From: Patescibacteria group bacterium
GTDB taxonomy: Bacteria > Patescibacteriota > Microgenomatia > UBA10105 > UBA927
Direction of reading: 5' to 3'
Assembly (NCBI GenBank): GCA_035510735.1
Contig: DATKGN010000006.1
Span: forward strand, 65,429-129,428
DNA: 64,000 nucleotides
Shown here: in pieces, positions 38,617 to 48,275 of the stretch
How the letters are laid out: the number at the start of each line of letters is the position of its first letter
Position numbering within the stretch: the first letter of the stretch is position 1
Program-made: the position numbers and the translations under genes
The notes under the pieces: generated by a model
Seen by the model: only the letters and a program-made list of their open reading frames with translations
Database searches by the model: none
Told to the model about the DNA's origin: nothing

Positions 38617-41552
38617 GTCAGTTTCGTCGCAAGCGTCTCTTTTTGTATATACGCCAGGAGCTCTTTTGTAAAGTCTTTATATTCACTCGGAAGCTCAATA
38701 ATCACGCGTTCATCTATTTTACACCCTTTTTCTTTCCGGAGCATTTGAATTTGACGGACCACGTCGCGTACCATTCCTATTTGTACGTCTTGATTTCCAA
38801 CATCTGACTGTCCACCAACGGAATAATAGTCCGTACTAACCTCATTTTTTCCTTCATAAATTAATTCATAAACATTTGCTTCAGATAATACAATTTTCTT
38901 TACAGCTTCAGTTAGCCCTCGAGGTCCCCGGTAATTGAGTTTTTTAAATGGAATTCTTACTTTCACGTTTGCTTGCTTACGAAATGCAAGTAAAAGTGAA
39001 GCAACCGTTCGACCGTCAGTCATCGCTTTCTCAAGTTCAGCATCGACTTTACCGTCTTCCGGCCAATCCGCAAGATGAACTGATTCCTCTCCTGTCAAAT
39101 TCATATACATTTCATCAGCAATAAATGGTGTAAAGGGAGCCAACAATTTAGTTAATGTAACCAACACTTCAAACATCGTTGCAAAACAAGCGTTCTTATC
39201 GACTGAATTATCGACGGTCGGGCCTACACGGTCACGAGATCTTCGAACGTACCATTGGGATAAATTGGTCACAAAAGTTTCAATTGCATTCGCTGCTGTC
39301 GCGGCATCATAGACTTCAAGAGATTTAGTCGTAAGCTTGATAAGCGCATGTAATTCACTCAATATCCAGATATCAAGGACATTTGATGATTTCGAGGTAA
39401 CGGCGCCTGGACTCCAGGAGTCAACGGTCGCATAGGTCACAAAGAAGTTATACACATTCCACAAAAGCAAATGAAACTTCCGCCTTGTCTCGTCGGCGAG
39501 TTTATACCCGAACAGTATATTTTGCTCCGGATTGTGCTTTACGAACATCCAACGCATTACGTCGGCTCCGATCTTATCCGCTCCTTCATTAAACTCGATC
39601 GCATTCCCCCATGATTTATGCATGGGTCTGCCGTCTTCGCCGAGCATCGAAGCATAACCTAATACCGTCTTAAAACAGGTTTTCTGCTCAAGGACTGTCG
39701 ACATTGCTATCATGGAATAGAACCAATTTTTAAATTGGCCGGGGAATGATTCCGTAATAAAATCTGCGGGGTACCACTGTCTCCAATATGCTTTATCCGA
39801 TGTGTAACTTAATTTGTTTGTCATGGGATCGATGAGCGTTGAAAACCCGACGATACCTGCATCCAACCAAACGTTTCCGACGTCATTAAGACGTGAAACC
39901 GTCTCCCCGCACTTTTCACAGCGGATTTTTACTTCATCAATAAAGGGTTTATGTGGGGAATGTCCGTCAAACTGATTCCAACCTGCAACTGCCTTTTCTT
40001 TTAACTCTTCCTTGCTGCCGATAACGGTAAAGTTCCCACATTTTTTACATTCATAGATCGGAAGCGCCAGCCCCCAATACCGATTCGGCTTACTGATAAG
40101 CCAGTCATGCATATTGGAGAGCCAATCCAATTCACGGTCAAGTCCGAAAGCAGGCTTCCAGGTGATTTGCCTGGCAGTATCCATCATCTGCTCTCGAAGC
40201 GTCTTGCCGCTCGACTTTTCCTTTGTGTCCATCGCGATGTACCATTCATCCGCAACTTTCCAGACAAGCTCGGTTTTACACCGCCAACAGGCCGGATACC
40301 GATGCATATAATTTTCTACTTTGAAAAGACATAAGTTACCCTTGGCATTTCGTTCGGTTAAATAATCGATAATAATCTCCGGATGCTTTTTTGCATTTTT
40401 CCCGGCCAGAAAACCGAGCGATGGTAAATAGTCAGCATTATCGGCAATAACGGGTATCATGGGGAGACCATACTTTTTCCCTAACTGAAAATCCTCCGAC
40501 CCCGCACTCACGGCCGTATGCACGAGTCCCGTCCCTTCAGTTGTCGTCACAGGAAGAAGAAGCGGGTCAGTCGCAACAACTGTATGGAATGTTTTAGGAT
40601 TATCTTTAGCTACTTTTGCAACTACTTCAAGATCGTCAAAAGGCCCGGTATAGAATAATCCAACTAATTCTTTTCCTTTCACGGTTTTTACAATTTGCTT
40701 ATATTCTTTACCGAACACTGCCTCAACCCGTTCCTTCACCATCCAGAATTTGTTGCCGGTCATCCCCTCAACCAGACTGTAATCAAGCGTTTTATCGACA
40801 GCGATTGCGATATTCGCCGGTATTGTCCATGGAGTCGTTGTCCAAACCAATAAGTATTCATTTTTTCTTTCGACGATGGGAAATGCAAGATAGACGGATT
40901 TATGCGAGACTTCCTTATAATCCTCAGTCAGCATTTCATGCTGGGAAATTGCCGTTTCGCATCGCGGACACCACGGCACACTTTCTCTTCCTTTATAAAT
41001 CCATCCTTTTTCAAAACAGGTTTTGAGAAAATGCCAAATCATGTAATTGTTCTCATCACTCATGGTAAAGTACGAATGATCCCAGTCGACGATGTATCCC
41101 AGGCGCTTGCTTTGTTCGGATTGAATGGAACTAAATTTCCGGACGCGCTCTTTACAGAGCTCGACAAATTTAGCGACGGATGCTTTTGGGTCACCCGAAA
41201 CGAGATTTTCTATGTCTTTCTTATTCCGTATTTGTAATTCCTTCTCGACCTCTACTTCAACCCACAACCCCTGGCAGTCAAATCCGTTTTGGAACCGCTC
41301 TTTTCGCCCGCGAAGTGTCCAAAACCGCTGCCATAAATCCTTATATGTCCGTCCCCACGCATGGTGAACGCCCATGGGGTTATTTGCCGTTATGGGGCCG
41401 TCAAGGAATGAAAACCGTTTATCTGAGCCATCGTTTCTATGAAGATACTTGGCAACGATTCCTTTTTCATACCACTCAGACAATAACCGTTTTTCCATTT
41501 CAGGAAAATTGTTATTCGGCGTTACCGGTTTAAATGTATGTTTCTTTGCCAT
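38583..41552 (-). CDS. ileS: Isoleucyl-tRNA synthetase, type 2, non-canonical GVHH motif
   Basis: DGPITANNPMGVHHAWGR, GFDCQGL, WTTTPWT, GTGLVH, RYWG, MHKSWGN; no C-terminal zinc finger; Ile T-box upstream. Confidence 0.93.
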   Translation of the reverse strand: MAKKHTFKPVTPNNNFPEMEKRLLSEWYEKGIVAKYLHRNDGSDKRFSFLDGPITANNPMGVHHAWGRTYKDLWQRFWTLRGRKERFQNGFDCQGLWVEVEVEKELQIRNKKDIENLVSGDPKASVAKFVELCKERVRKFSSIQSEQSKRLGYIVDWDHSYFTMSDENNYMIWHFLKTCFEKGWIYKGRESVPWCPRCETAISQHEMLTEDYKEVSHKSVYLAFPIVERKNEYLLVWTTTPWTIPANIAIAVDKTLDYSLVEGMTGNKFWMVKERVEAVFGKEYKQIVKTVKGKELVGLFYTGPFDDLEVVAKVAKDNPKTFHTVVATDPLLLPVTTTEGTGLVHTAVSAGSEDFQLGKKYGLPMIPVIADNADYLPSLGFLAGKNAKKHPEIIIDYLTERNAKGNLCLFKVENYMHRYPACWRCKTELVWKVADEWYIAMDTKEKSSGKTLREQMMDTARQITWKPAFGLDRELDWLSNMHDWLISKPNRYWGLALPIYECKKCGNFTVIGSKEELKEKAVAGWNQFDGHSPHKPFIDEVKIRCEKCGETVSRLNDVGNVWLDAGIVGFSTLIDPMTNKLSYTSDKAYWRQWYPADFITESFPGQFKNWFYSMIAMSTVLEQKTCFKTVLGYASMLGEDGRPMHKSWGNAIEFNEGADKIGADVMRWMFVKHNPEQNILFGYKLADETRRKFHLLLWNVYNFFVTYATVDSWSPGAVTSKSSNVLDIWILSELHALIKLTTKSLEVYDAATAANAIETFVTNLSQWYVRRSRDRVGPTVDNSVDKNACFATMFEVLVTLTKLLAPFTPFIADEMYMNLTGEESVHLADWPEDGKVDAELEKAMTDGRTVASLLLAFRKQANVKVRIPFKKLNYRGPRGLTEAVKKIVLSEANVYELIYEGKNEVSTDYYSVGGQSDVGNQDVQIGMVRDVVRQIQMLRKEKGCKIDERVIIELPSEYKDFTKELLAYIQKETLATKLTWGNSLQLSTG

Positions 41553-41592
41553 AAAAAAACCATCCTTATTTCATTATACGTTAAGGATGGTT
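41553..41592 (-). terminator. T-box terminator/sequestrator hairpin
   Basis: AACCATCCTTA..TAAGGATGGTT ending in a 7-T run directly before the ATG. Confidence 0.82.
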
Positions 41593-41634
41593 GTCAAGCT
41601 TGTGGTAAGCCTGTCGAACCATGGTACCACCTTA

Positions 41635-41704
41635 TTTTAGGGTTTAGAGCTTAGAGTTTAAAGTTTAGTTATCCTAAACTCTAATGCCCTACACTCTAAC
41701 CCCT
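41635..41704. repeat. Degenerate heptamer-repeat hairpin in T-box stem III
   Basis: GGTTTAG AGCTTAG AGTTTAA AGTTTAG facing CTAAACT CTAATGC CTACACT CTAACCC. Confidence 0.7.
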
Positions 41705-41747
41705 CTTATTATTGCTATTACGGGCATTCCCGGAACGGTCTACTCGC

Positions 41748-41775
41748 GCCCCTCGTAGCTTTAGCGAAGTGGGGC
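41748..41775. repeat. 28-bp palindrome inside T-box stem II
   Basis: GCCCCTCGTAGCTTTAGCGAAGTGGGGC, related to 12083-12109. Confidence 0.7.
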
Positions 41776-41857
41776 TTTCCACTTTCCAAATTACGTAAGT
41801 GCTTTTCTTCGTTCAGCTCGTCCGTTGATGATCGGACTCAATCGCATGTCTCATAAA

Positions 41858-41886
41858 AGTATACAGGAATTGGATATAATTGACAA
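41858..41886 (-). promoter_or_regulatory. Sigma70 promoter of the T-box/ileS transcript
   Basis: TTGTCA-17-TATACT just upstream of stem I. Confidence 0.72.
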
Positions 41887-41898
41887 ATTTTCACTCGC

Positions 41899-42240
41899 CT
41901 ACTCTTCAGATGTGGTTGCCGGCAAATTATTACTTCCGAAGAGTGGTGGTAAACCTAATATTCCTGGTAATACCTGGTCATCGTTCGTATACTCTGTTGG
42001 TAGCCGAACAACTGCAGCCGCGTGGGCTGCGATCTCCCGCAAGTAAACATCCTCGTCTTCAGGAGCTAACCCGTGCTTTTCCTGAACATGATGCGCAATC
42101 AGATCAAAGTATTTTTTATGATGCTCTCCCAGCGATGCGATAAACTGAACATCGAGTTTGATTAAATCCAGATCTGTTTCCGTCTTAACTTGTTCGTGAT
42201 GAGTCATGGTAGATTGTTGCCGCAGGAACGTAGGATCCAA
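41899..42240 (-). CDS. Hypothetical protein (start may be ATG 42207)
   Basis: ORF fills the gap; no motif. Confidence 0.55.
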   Translation of the reverse strand: MDPTFLRQQSTMTHHEQVKTETDLDLIKLDVQFIASLGEHHKKYFDLIAHHVQEKHGLAPEDEDVYLREIAAHAAAVVRLPTEYTNDDQVLPGILGLPPLFGSNNLPATTSEE

Positions 42241-42278
42241 TTGGCTTGATCAATAAAAGAATCAACCTTCAGTATCTC

Positions 42279-42746
42279 TTATGCACTTTTTACAAACTCA
42301 AGAATTTGGCCTGCCCAAAATACAGCGGCTTCCGTATTTTTCCCGCGATATTGAACAAAACGACTGTCAACTCCTTCAATTGATATTTCTGAAACGTTAG
42401 GACGGTATTCATCATATAATATTCTTAGATCAGCTAATTTTCCGTCATACCCCTCTTTTGTAGAAAAACTCATTTCTAAATAATCTGATGAGCGATTCTG
42501 ATTATTGTTTACCGTGTAATAGATACCGTTTTTTGGAACCCAAACTGACCTTCTCTCTAATGGCATGTGAAATTCTGTCTTCTGAAGGTCTAAATACATC
42601 TCAACGACCTTTTCCTGAAATATTGGATCTGATCGAAAGGCAGCTAAATATCCGTCAATGAGCGGTTTTGCTTCATCACGGATGCGCTCTCCATCAAGCG
42701 GAACAATATTATCCTTATTTGGCGAAAGACGTAATAAATCACTCAC
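42279..42746 (-). CDS. Hypothetical protein
   Basis: GTG start 6 nt after a TTGATA-17-TATAAT promoter (42753-42781); avoids overlap with ftsZ. Confidence 0.65.
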   Translation of the reverse strand: MSDLLRLSPNKDNIVPLDGERIRDEAKPLIDGYLAAFRSDPIFQEKVVEMYLDLQKTEFHMPLERRSVWVPKNGIYYTVNNNQNRSSDYLEMSFSTKEGYDGKLADLRILYDEYRPNVSEISIEGVDSRFVQYRGKNTEAAVFWAGQILEFVKSA

Positions 42747-42777
42747 AGGAATATTATAGGGTATATTAGAGGAATTA

Positions 42778-43950
42778 TCAACTCTTCTGCCGCAGGAATG
42801 CGGGGATGTCGAATTCGTCCTCCTCAGGGGGAAGTTCGTCTTTCGGTGTCGGAGGCGTATACGTAGCAGGCGGTTGATTCGGTATATTTTGTTGCTGCGG
42901 CGTACCATATAACCCCTGCGGCTGCTGCGGCGCGGAAGGTCGTCCGGAAACTGCACCATAGGACGGTCTGCCCGATAATTCACGGAGGCGCCACTTTGTT
43001 TCATCAAAGCCAGTTGCAATAACAGTAATTTTTACCTGATCGACAAGGCTCTCGTCAATCGTTGCCCCGAAAATAATGTTCGCATCCGGGTCAACTGCCG
43101 CAGATATAAGCTTGGCGGCTTCATCGACTTCCGCCATGGTAAGGTCCGCTCCACCCGTTATATTGAAAAGGACACCTTTTGCACCGTCAACAGATATTTC
43201 AAGAAGCGGAGATGCAACCGCACTACGGGCAGCTGTCGTGGCTCTGTTTTCACCAACCCCAGTACCGATTCCCATCAGCGATGACCCGGCATTCGTCATG
43301 ATAGTCTTTACATCGGCAAAATCGACATTGATAAGACCCGGCATGGTGATAAGATCGGCAATCCCCTGCACTCCCTGCCCCAACACGGAATCGGTGACGC
43401 GAAATGCTTCAAGAAGCGTCATTTTCTTATCTATAACCTCAAGAAGCCGTTGATTCGGAATAACGATGAGCGTATCGACTTTATCTTTTAAATTACTAAT
43501 CCCCTCTTCCGCCGCAAGCATGCGCCGTGTTCCTTCAAACTGAAACGGTTTGGTCACGACCGCGACAGTGAGTGCCCCGAGTTCTTTGGCAATCTCGGCA
43601 ACAATCGGGGTTGCACCTGTTCCGGTCCCACCACCCTCACCACAGGTTAAAAACACCATATCTGTGTCACGCAGGAAGTCGTTTATTTTATCTTTGGATT
43701 CCTCTGCTGCCTGTTTGCCGATCTCAGGCTTCCCCCCCGCTCCTAAACCACGGGTTAAATTCTCCCCGATCTGTACTTTGGTTGTTGCCAAACAGGTGAG
43801 GAGTGCCTGCGCATCGGTGTTGATCCCTAAGAATTCAACTCCCGCGATTTGATTGAGGGAGATCATGGAATTGATCGCATTGCATCCGCCACCGCCTATA
43901 CCAATCACTTTAATTTTAGCGAATCGTGCAATATCCGGCTTAATAAGCAT
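42778..43950 (-). CDS. ftsZ: Cell division protein FtsZ
   Basis: [29 protein letters not shown]-terminal DIPAFLR. Confidence 0.98.
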   Translation of the reverse strand: MLIKPDIARFAKIKVIGIGGGGCNAINSMISLNQIAGVEFLGINTDAQALLTCLATTKVQIGENLTRGLGAGGKPEIGKQAAEESKDKINDFLRDTDMVFLTCGEGGGTGTGATPIVAEIAKELGALTVAVVTKPFQFEGTRRMLAAEEGISNLKDKVDTLIVIPNQRLLEVIDKKMTLLEAFRVTDSVLGQGVQGIADLITMPGLINVDFADVKTIMTNAGSSLMGIGTGVGENRATTAARSAVASPLLEISVDGAKGVLFNITGGADLTMAEVDEAAKLISAAVDPDANIIFGATIDESLVDQVKITVIATGFDETKWRLRELSGRPSYGAVSGRPSAPQQPQGLYGTPQQQNIPNQPPATYTPPTPKDELPPEEDEFDIPAFLRQKS

Positions 43951-44004
43951 ACGTATACTCCGACAGGGGCAAGTCTGAAGGTCTTCTCATTACAAAACGA
44001 AACA

Positions 44005-45306
44005 TCAGGGCATGAATGACTTTACCAGATCTATAAGCTTTCCTGCAATACCCTTTATTTGTACTTTCTCTCCGATTTTACCAAAGTTGCTTAAAAATGC
44101 ACTACCCTCATACTTTTCTACCTTACTTCCGTAATGGAGAAGTCCAATACTTGTTCCATATGCGGGCCCAACTATCTCATCAATAAGCCCTGTTACGCGT
44201 TTCGGCATACCTATATGGACGGGCATTGCCAAATTTCGTCTCGCACTATCAACTGCTCCGACGGTCATCGCTCCGCCACCGGTTATAACGATACCTGACG
44301 GAGTCATCCCGCCGAATCCGCTCCGTTTGAGTTCAAGAGCAACCATAGTAAATATCTCGTTTAATCGTGGTTTTATAATACCCTCAACAAGCGTTTTCCT
44401 TGATAGTGTGCGCAGTTCTTCAGGAAGACCTAACGAAGAAACATCCAACTCGTCAGATTTATCGGATTTCGATGATTTTGTCCGTTCTTCTTCATCAGAT
44501 AACGTCGGAACTTTCGGCGTCTGGCCCAGTAACAGTTTAACTTTCTCCGCGCTTTCAAGCGATATGCGGAGTCCCGCTGCTAAGTCTTTTGTAATGTTAA
44601 TAGCGCCGATAGGAATTACCGATGAATACGATAACGCCCCTTCAACGAATATTGCAACATCTGTTGTCCCGCCGCCAATATCAATAAGAAGTACACCAAG
44701 CTCTTTTTCCGTATCTGATAGACTTGATTCAGCAGACGCCAGTCCTCCGAATACCATCCCGCTCACTTCTACTCCTAATTCCTCCACACATTTCCGTAAA
44801 TTCCGCATCGCGGTTGCACCGCCTGTTACGAGGTGAGTATCGACTTCAAGCCGTACTCCGGTCATACCGATTGGATCCTGAATGCCGTCCTGACTGTCAA
44901 CAATATACCCTCGTGGAAGCACATGAAGAATTTCCCGTGATGACGGCAAAGATACTGCTTTCGCCGCCTCAATAACCCGCCTGACATCCTGATCGGATAT
45001 TTCCTTTTCAGGTTCAGCAACGGCAACAACACCATGTGAGTTCTGAGATCCTATATGACTTCCACCGACGGAGATGTATGCCTTACCTACGGAAGCGCCA
45101 GCCATCCGTTCCGCAGCCTCAAGTGATTGGGAGATCGCGGCTGTGGCTTCATCTATATTGACGACCTGACCCTTGCGAAGTCCCTTACTTGGCACAGAGG
45201 AAACTCCGATAACCTGTGCGTCGCCCTCTTCAGAAAATGTGGCAATTAATGTAGTAATTTTTGAAGTACCGACATCAATCCCTGAAACGATATGGTCTCG
45301 CGCCAT
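44005..45306 (-). CDS. ftsA: Cell division protein FtsA
   Basis: GIDVGTSKI, DPIGMTGVRLE, DIGGGTTD, ITGGG. Confidence 0.97.
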   Translation of the reverse strand: MARDHIVSGIDVGTSKITTLIATFSEEGDAQVIGVSSVPSKGLRKGQVVNIDEATAAISQSLEAAERMAGASVGKAYISVGGSHIGSQNSHGVVAVAEPEKEISDQDVRRVIEAAKAVSLPSSREILHVLPRGYIVDSQDGIQDPIGMTGVRLEVDTHLVTGGATAMRNLRKCVEELGVEVSGMVFGGLASAESSLSDTEKELGVLLIDIGGGTTDVAIFVEGALSYSSVIPIGAINITKDLAAGLRISLESAEKVKLLLGQTPKVPTLSDEEERTKSSKSDKSDELDVSSLGLPEELRTLSRKTLVEGIIKPRLNEIFTMVALELKRSGFGGMTPSGIVITGGGAMTVGAVDSARRNLAMPVHIGMPKRVTGLIDEIVGPAYGTSIGLLHYGSKVEKYEGSAFLSNFGKIGEKVQIKGIAGKLIDLVKSFMP

Positions 45307-45310
45307 AAAT

Positions 45311-46003
45311 TTAGAATTTTATAATCGGTTTGTCGAAACGGAGATCAACAACCGTGGGCAGTGTACCTTTTATTCTAAACCCCGTCATTAATGTTTGTAA
45401 AGTAGCTATTGTCACATCAGCTGATTTATCTTGAGTAATATATATCGCTGTTGTTCCCGCTTTTACTTGATAGTACGTATCATCATACTCCGTTATCGAT
45501 TCAATCGGCAATACCGGATATATGGCATTCATAAATGTCAGTAAAAATGTCACGCGGGAGTCGCCAATACGCTCCCCCATGTGAAACGGAACTGCATCCA
45601 CTGAAAGAAGCGGTATGGTGAGACCCTGATCTCCATCCTGTAATACCATGCCACTGGCATCAACAAGAACAACTCTGTTATTCGATTTTAAACGGATATA
45701 TGGGGTACGTACGGTGGGTATAATTTTAAGCGTATGGGGATATGCTTTTTGAAACTGAACGTCTGAAAGCCACGGATTATCCGAGAGGACCTGTTCACGT
45801 ATTTTTTCGGTCGGGAAAAAAATCAAATTGTTCGGAAGCTTTTTATTGTCGATTAATACATGAATATTGTTTCCGACTACAACGATCGTCTCAAGCGCGA
45901 ATAATCTCCGTACAAGAATTGTAAACGATATACTCAATAAAATGACGACAAAACAGGCAAGAAAAAATTTGCCTACTTTACGCTTAAAAAAACCTGGTTT
46001 CAT
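45311..46003 (-). CDS. ftsQ: FtsQ/DivIB-like protein
   Basis: TM helix, POTRA-like KAYPHTL, C-terminal VDLRF; between murG and ftsA. Confidence 0.8.
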   Translation of the reverse strand: MKPGFFKRKVGKFFLACFVVILLSISFTILVRRLFALETIVVVGNNIHVLIDNKKLPNNLIFFPTEKIREQVLSDNPWLSDVQFQKAYPHTLKIIPTVRTPYIRLKSNNRVVLVDASGMVLQDGDQGLTIPLLSVDAVPFHMGERIGDSRVTFLLTFMNAIYPVLPIESITEYDDTYYQVKAGTTAIYITQDKSADVTIATLQTLMTGFRIKGTLPTVVDLRFDKPIIKF

Positions 46004-46022
46004 AGCTTACTACCATGATAGC

Positions 46023-47126
46023 TTATAGAAGTAATTCCTGTATAAGTCGAACCATTTGTTTAGCTCCGTCTGTCACAATAGTATGAATAGACGTGTGTTT
46101 ATGTATGTCGGATTGACTCATTATTTTTGAAATTACTGCATGAAGATCTGTTGAGGTTAACTTTTTTTGATCCAGAACAACTCCATTTTCATTCTCCGTA
46201 AACCACAGAGCATTGTCGAGTTGCTCAGCGCCCCCTGACCACGGAAGCGGAATTAATATCGCTTTTTTATGAAGTAAGGAGAGTTCGGTAACGGTGTTCG
46301 CACCTGATCGGCTGATAACGAGCGAGGCATTATGCAAAATCCACCCTATGAATGACTCATCTATATAATCTCTGGTGATATATCTTTTCCGATCATCTGC
46401 CGGTAATTCACCCAGAATCGTTTTTGCTTTCATGAATGATGCTTTTCCGGTTTGATGGATTATCGTATATTTTTTGGCTAATGAAGAAATAAGCGGAAAA
46501 ACGAGATCATTCAACGATACTGACCCGGTACTTCCCCCCGTTATATATATAAGCGGAAACTGCGATAATTTCGAGGTTATGGGAACAGCTTTGAAAACGC
46601 AGAGTACGTTTTTACGAATCGGAAGACCGGTGACTATTGTCTTTTCTTTAGGAAATGTGTGCGTTGTATCAGGAAATGACAGACAAATTTTTTGGGCGAA
46701 ATAGGAAATAATTTTATTGGCGATCCCGGGTCTTCTGGTCTGCTCGTGTGTGATGATTGGTATGCCAAAAAAATAACCGGACACAACTATCGGAAGGGCA
46801 ATATATCCGCCGAACGATATAACGGCATCTGGTTTTTCGCGAAAAAAAAGGACAAACGCCTGAATAAACCCATACGGCACTTTCGCCAGTGAAACGATGG
46901 ATTGAAAGGTAAACATTCGCTGCAACCGCCCCGTAGTTAAGGATATAAAACGAATATGCCGGGTTTCTACGGTCAATTGCTCCTGCGATATCTCATATGA
47001 CCCTTCAAACGGATGCATTCTTCCCACAAAAACAATTTCCCATGGCAACTTCATCTCTGTTATCTCATCAATAACTGCGATTGCAGGAGTCAAATGACCG
47101 CCCGTGATAAAAAGTTTTTTAGACAT
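46023..47126 (-). CDS. murG: Lipid II GlcNAc transferase
   Basis: TGGHLTPA, FGGY, HEQT..PGIAN, GLPIR, GGSTGS, SRSGA. Confidence 0.95.
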   Translation of the reverse strand: MSKKLFITGGHLTPAIAVIDEITEMKLPWEIVFVGRMHPFEGSYEISQEQLTVETRHIRFISLTTGRLQRMFTFQSIVSLAKVPYGFIQAFVLFFREKPDAVISFGGYIALPIVVSGYFFGIPIITHEQTRRPGIANKIISYFAQKICLSFPDTTHTFPKEKTIVTGLPIRKNVLCVFKAVPITSKLSQFPLIYITGGSTGSVSLNDLVFPLISSLAKKYTIIHQTGKASFMKAKTILGELPADDRKRYITRDYIDESFIGWILHNASLVISRSGANTVTELSLLHKKAILIPLPWSGGAEQLDNALWFTENENGVVLDQKKLTSTDLHAVISKIMSQSDIHKHTSIHTIVTDGAKQMVRLIQELLL

Positions 47127-47129
47127 AAA

Positions 47130-48275
47130 CTATTTGTTATATTTACTGATGTTCAAAACTATACCCATTGCGGCAAATAAAATAATAAAACTGGAACCAC
47201 CGTACGATACAAACGGCAGCGGTACACCCGTTAAAGGAATAACCCGTACCATCGCCCCTAAATTAATAAGCGTCTGGACCGCGATCCATGACGATATCCC
47301 GAGCGTTAACAACCGGGAAAACGGATCCGGAGCATGAACTGCAATCCGAAAACCTCGCCATATAATAAAAAGAAACAATACTATTGTTGCTATTGCACCG
47401 ACGAACCCTGTTTCTTCACCTATGATGGCAAAAATGGAATCGGTATTTGCTTCCGGAAGATATTCATACTTTTGCCGGGATTTCCCTATCCCCACCCCCG
47501 TCCATCCGCCGGAGCCGAGTGCGATTAATACTTGCCGGATTTGATACGAAGAACCTAATGGGTCACTTTGCGGATTTAAGAATGTTGTAAGTCGGGCAAC
47601 CCGATACGGTGCAATAAGCGCCAACACCAAGACGCCCCCCGCAATAACGGGAAATAGTAGGGCGAGATGATGAATGGGTGACCCGGCAAAATAATACATA
47701 CAGATACCAATTAATAAAATAATAATGCTAGTACCCAAATCGGGTTCAATCAAAACAAGACCGACGGTCATGAGTAATAATAAAAGAAATGAAAAGAATC
47801 TATTATGTTCGGGATGAGAAAACCATGCGGATAAATATATAATTATCGCGAGCTTCGAAAGTTCAGCAGGCTGCAGTACAAACAAACCGAGATTAATCCA
47901 CCGGTGTGCTCCCAGCGCATGAACGCCTAATCCCGGCAAAAAAACTGCTAATAACAGAAACATTGTTCCAAAAAGAGCGGGAAGTGCAAATTGATACCAT
48001 ACTTTATAGTGAATTGTTGAACAAATGATAAAAACGATTGCACCGACAAACAACCATTTCAGTTGCTCATTTACATAATAATATTGATTGGAGAAGTCAC
48101 GAATCGCTATTGCAACCGATGAGTCATACACCATGAGAACTCCGAACAAAGACATAATGAGTATTCCCAAAATTAACAGTTTATCAGCGCCATGACCTGC
48201 CTTATGCTTCTGGTGTACGGCCAAATGTTTAAGCGTTGCGGCGACTGATGAAAATATCGATTTCATGCGTTTCAC
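47130..48275 (-). CDS. ftsW: SEDS protein FtsW
   Basis: MVYDSS, GAHRWI, QPAELSK, EPDLG, GIGKSRQK, LPEANTDSIF. Confidence 0.93.
   Translation of the reverse strand: MKRMKSIFSSVAATLKHLAVHQKHKAGHGADKLLILGILIMSLFGVLMVYDSSVAIAIRDFSNQYYYVNEQLKWLFVGAIVFIICSTIHYKVWYQFALPALFGTMFLLLAVFLPGLGVHALGAHRWINLGLFVLQPAELSKLAIIIYLSAWFSHPEHNRFFSFLLLLLMTVGLVLIEPDLGTSIIILLIGICMYYFAGSPIHHLALLFPVIAGGVLVLALIAPYRVARLTTFLNPQSDPLGSSYQIRQVLIALGSGGWTGVGIGKSRQKYEYLPEANTDSIFAIIGEETGFVGAIATIVLFLFIIWRGFRIAVHAPDPFSRLLTLGISSWIAVQTLINLGAMVRVIPLTGVPLPFVSYGGSSFIILFAAMGIVLNISKYNK

Larger units (their letters stand above)
41553..41845 (-). ncRNA. T-box riboswitch (Ile), ultrashort stem I type
   Basis: Stem I GTCCG-ATCATCAA-CGGAC with GA motif; stem II GAACG-AAGAA..AGTAG-AC-CGTTC; IIA/B CGGG-AATG-CCCG; antiterminator AAGG-TGGTACC-ATGGTT..AACCAT-CCTT. 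Confidence 0.9.

Noticed and set aside
41573-41597. TTGACA and TATAAT inside the T-box expression platform
   Set aside because: Spacing is only 13 nt; not a credible sigma70 promoter, though a -10-only start cannot be excluded
42747-43019. N-terminal extension of ORF 42279..43019 overlapping ftsZ
   Set aside because: Arg-rich off-frame read of the ftsZ linker; a promoter and GTG start exist at 42746
44327-44836. Long antisense ORFs (also 1391-1741, 15905-16423, 33348-33833, 43076-43453 and others)
   Set aside because: Shadow frames opposite well-supported genes with no motifs
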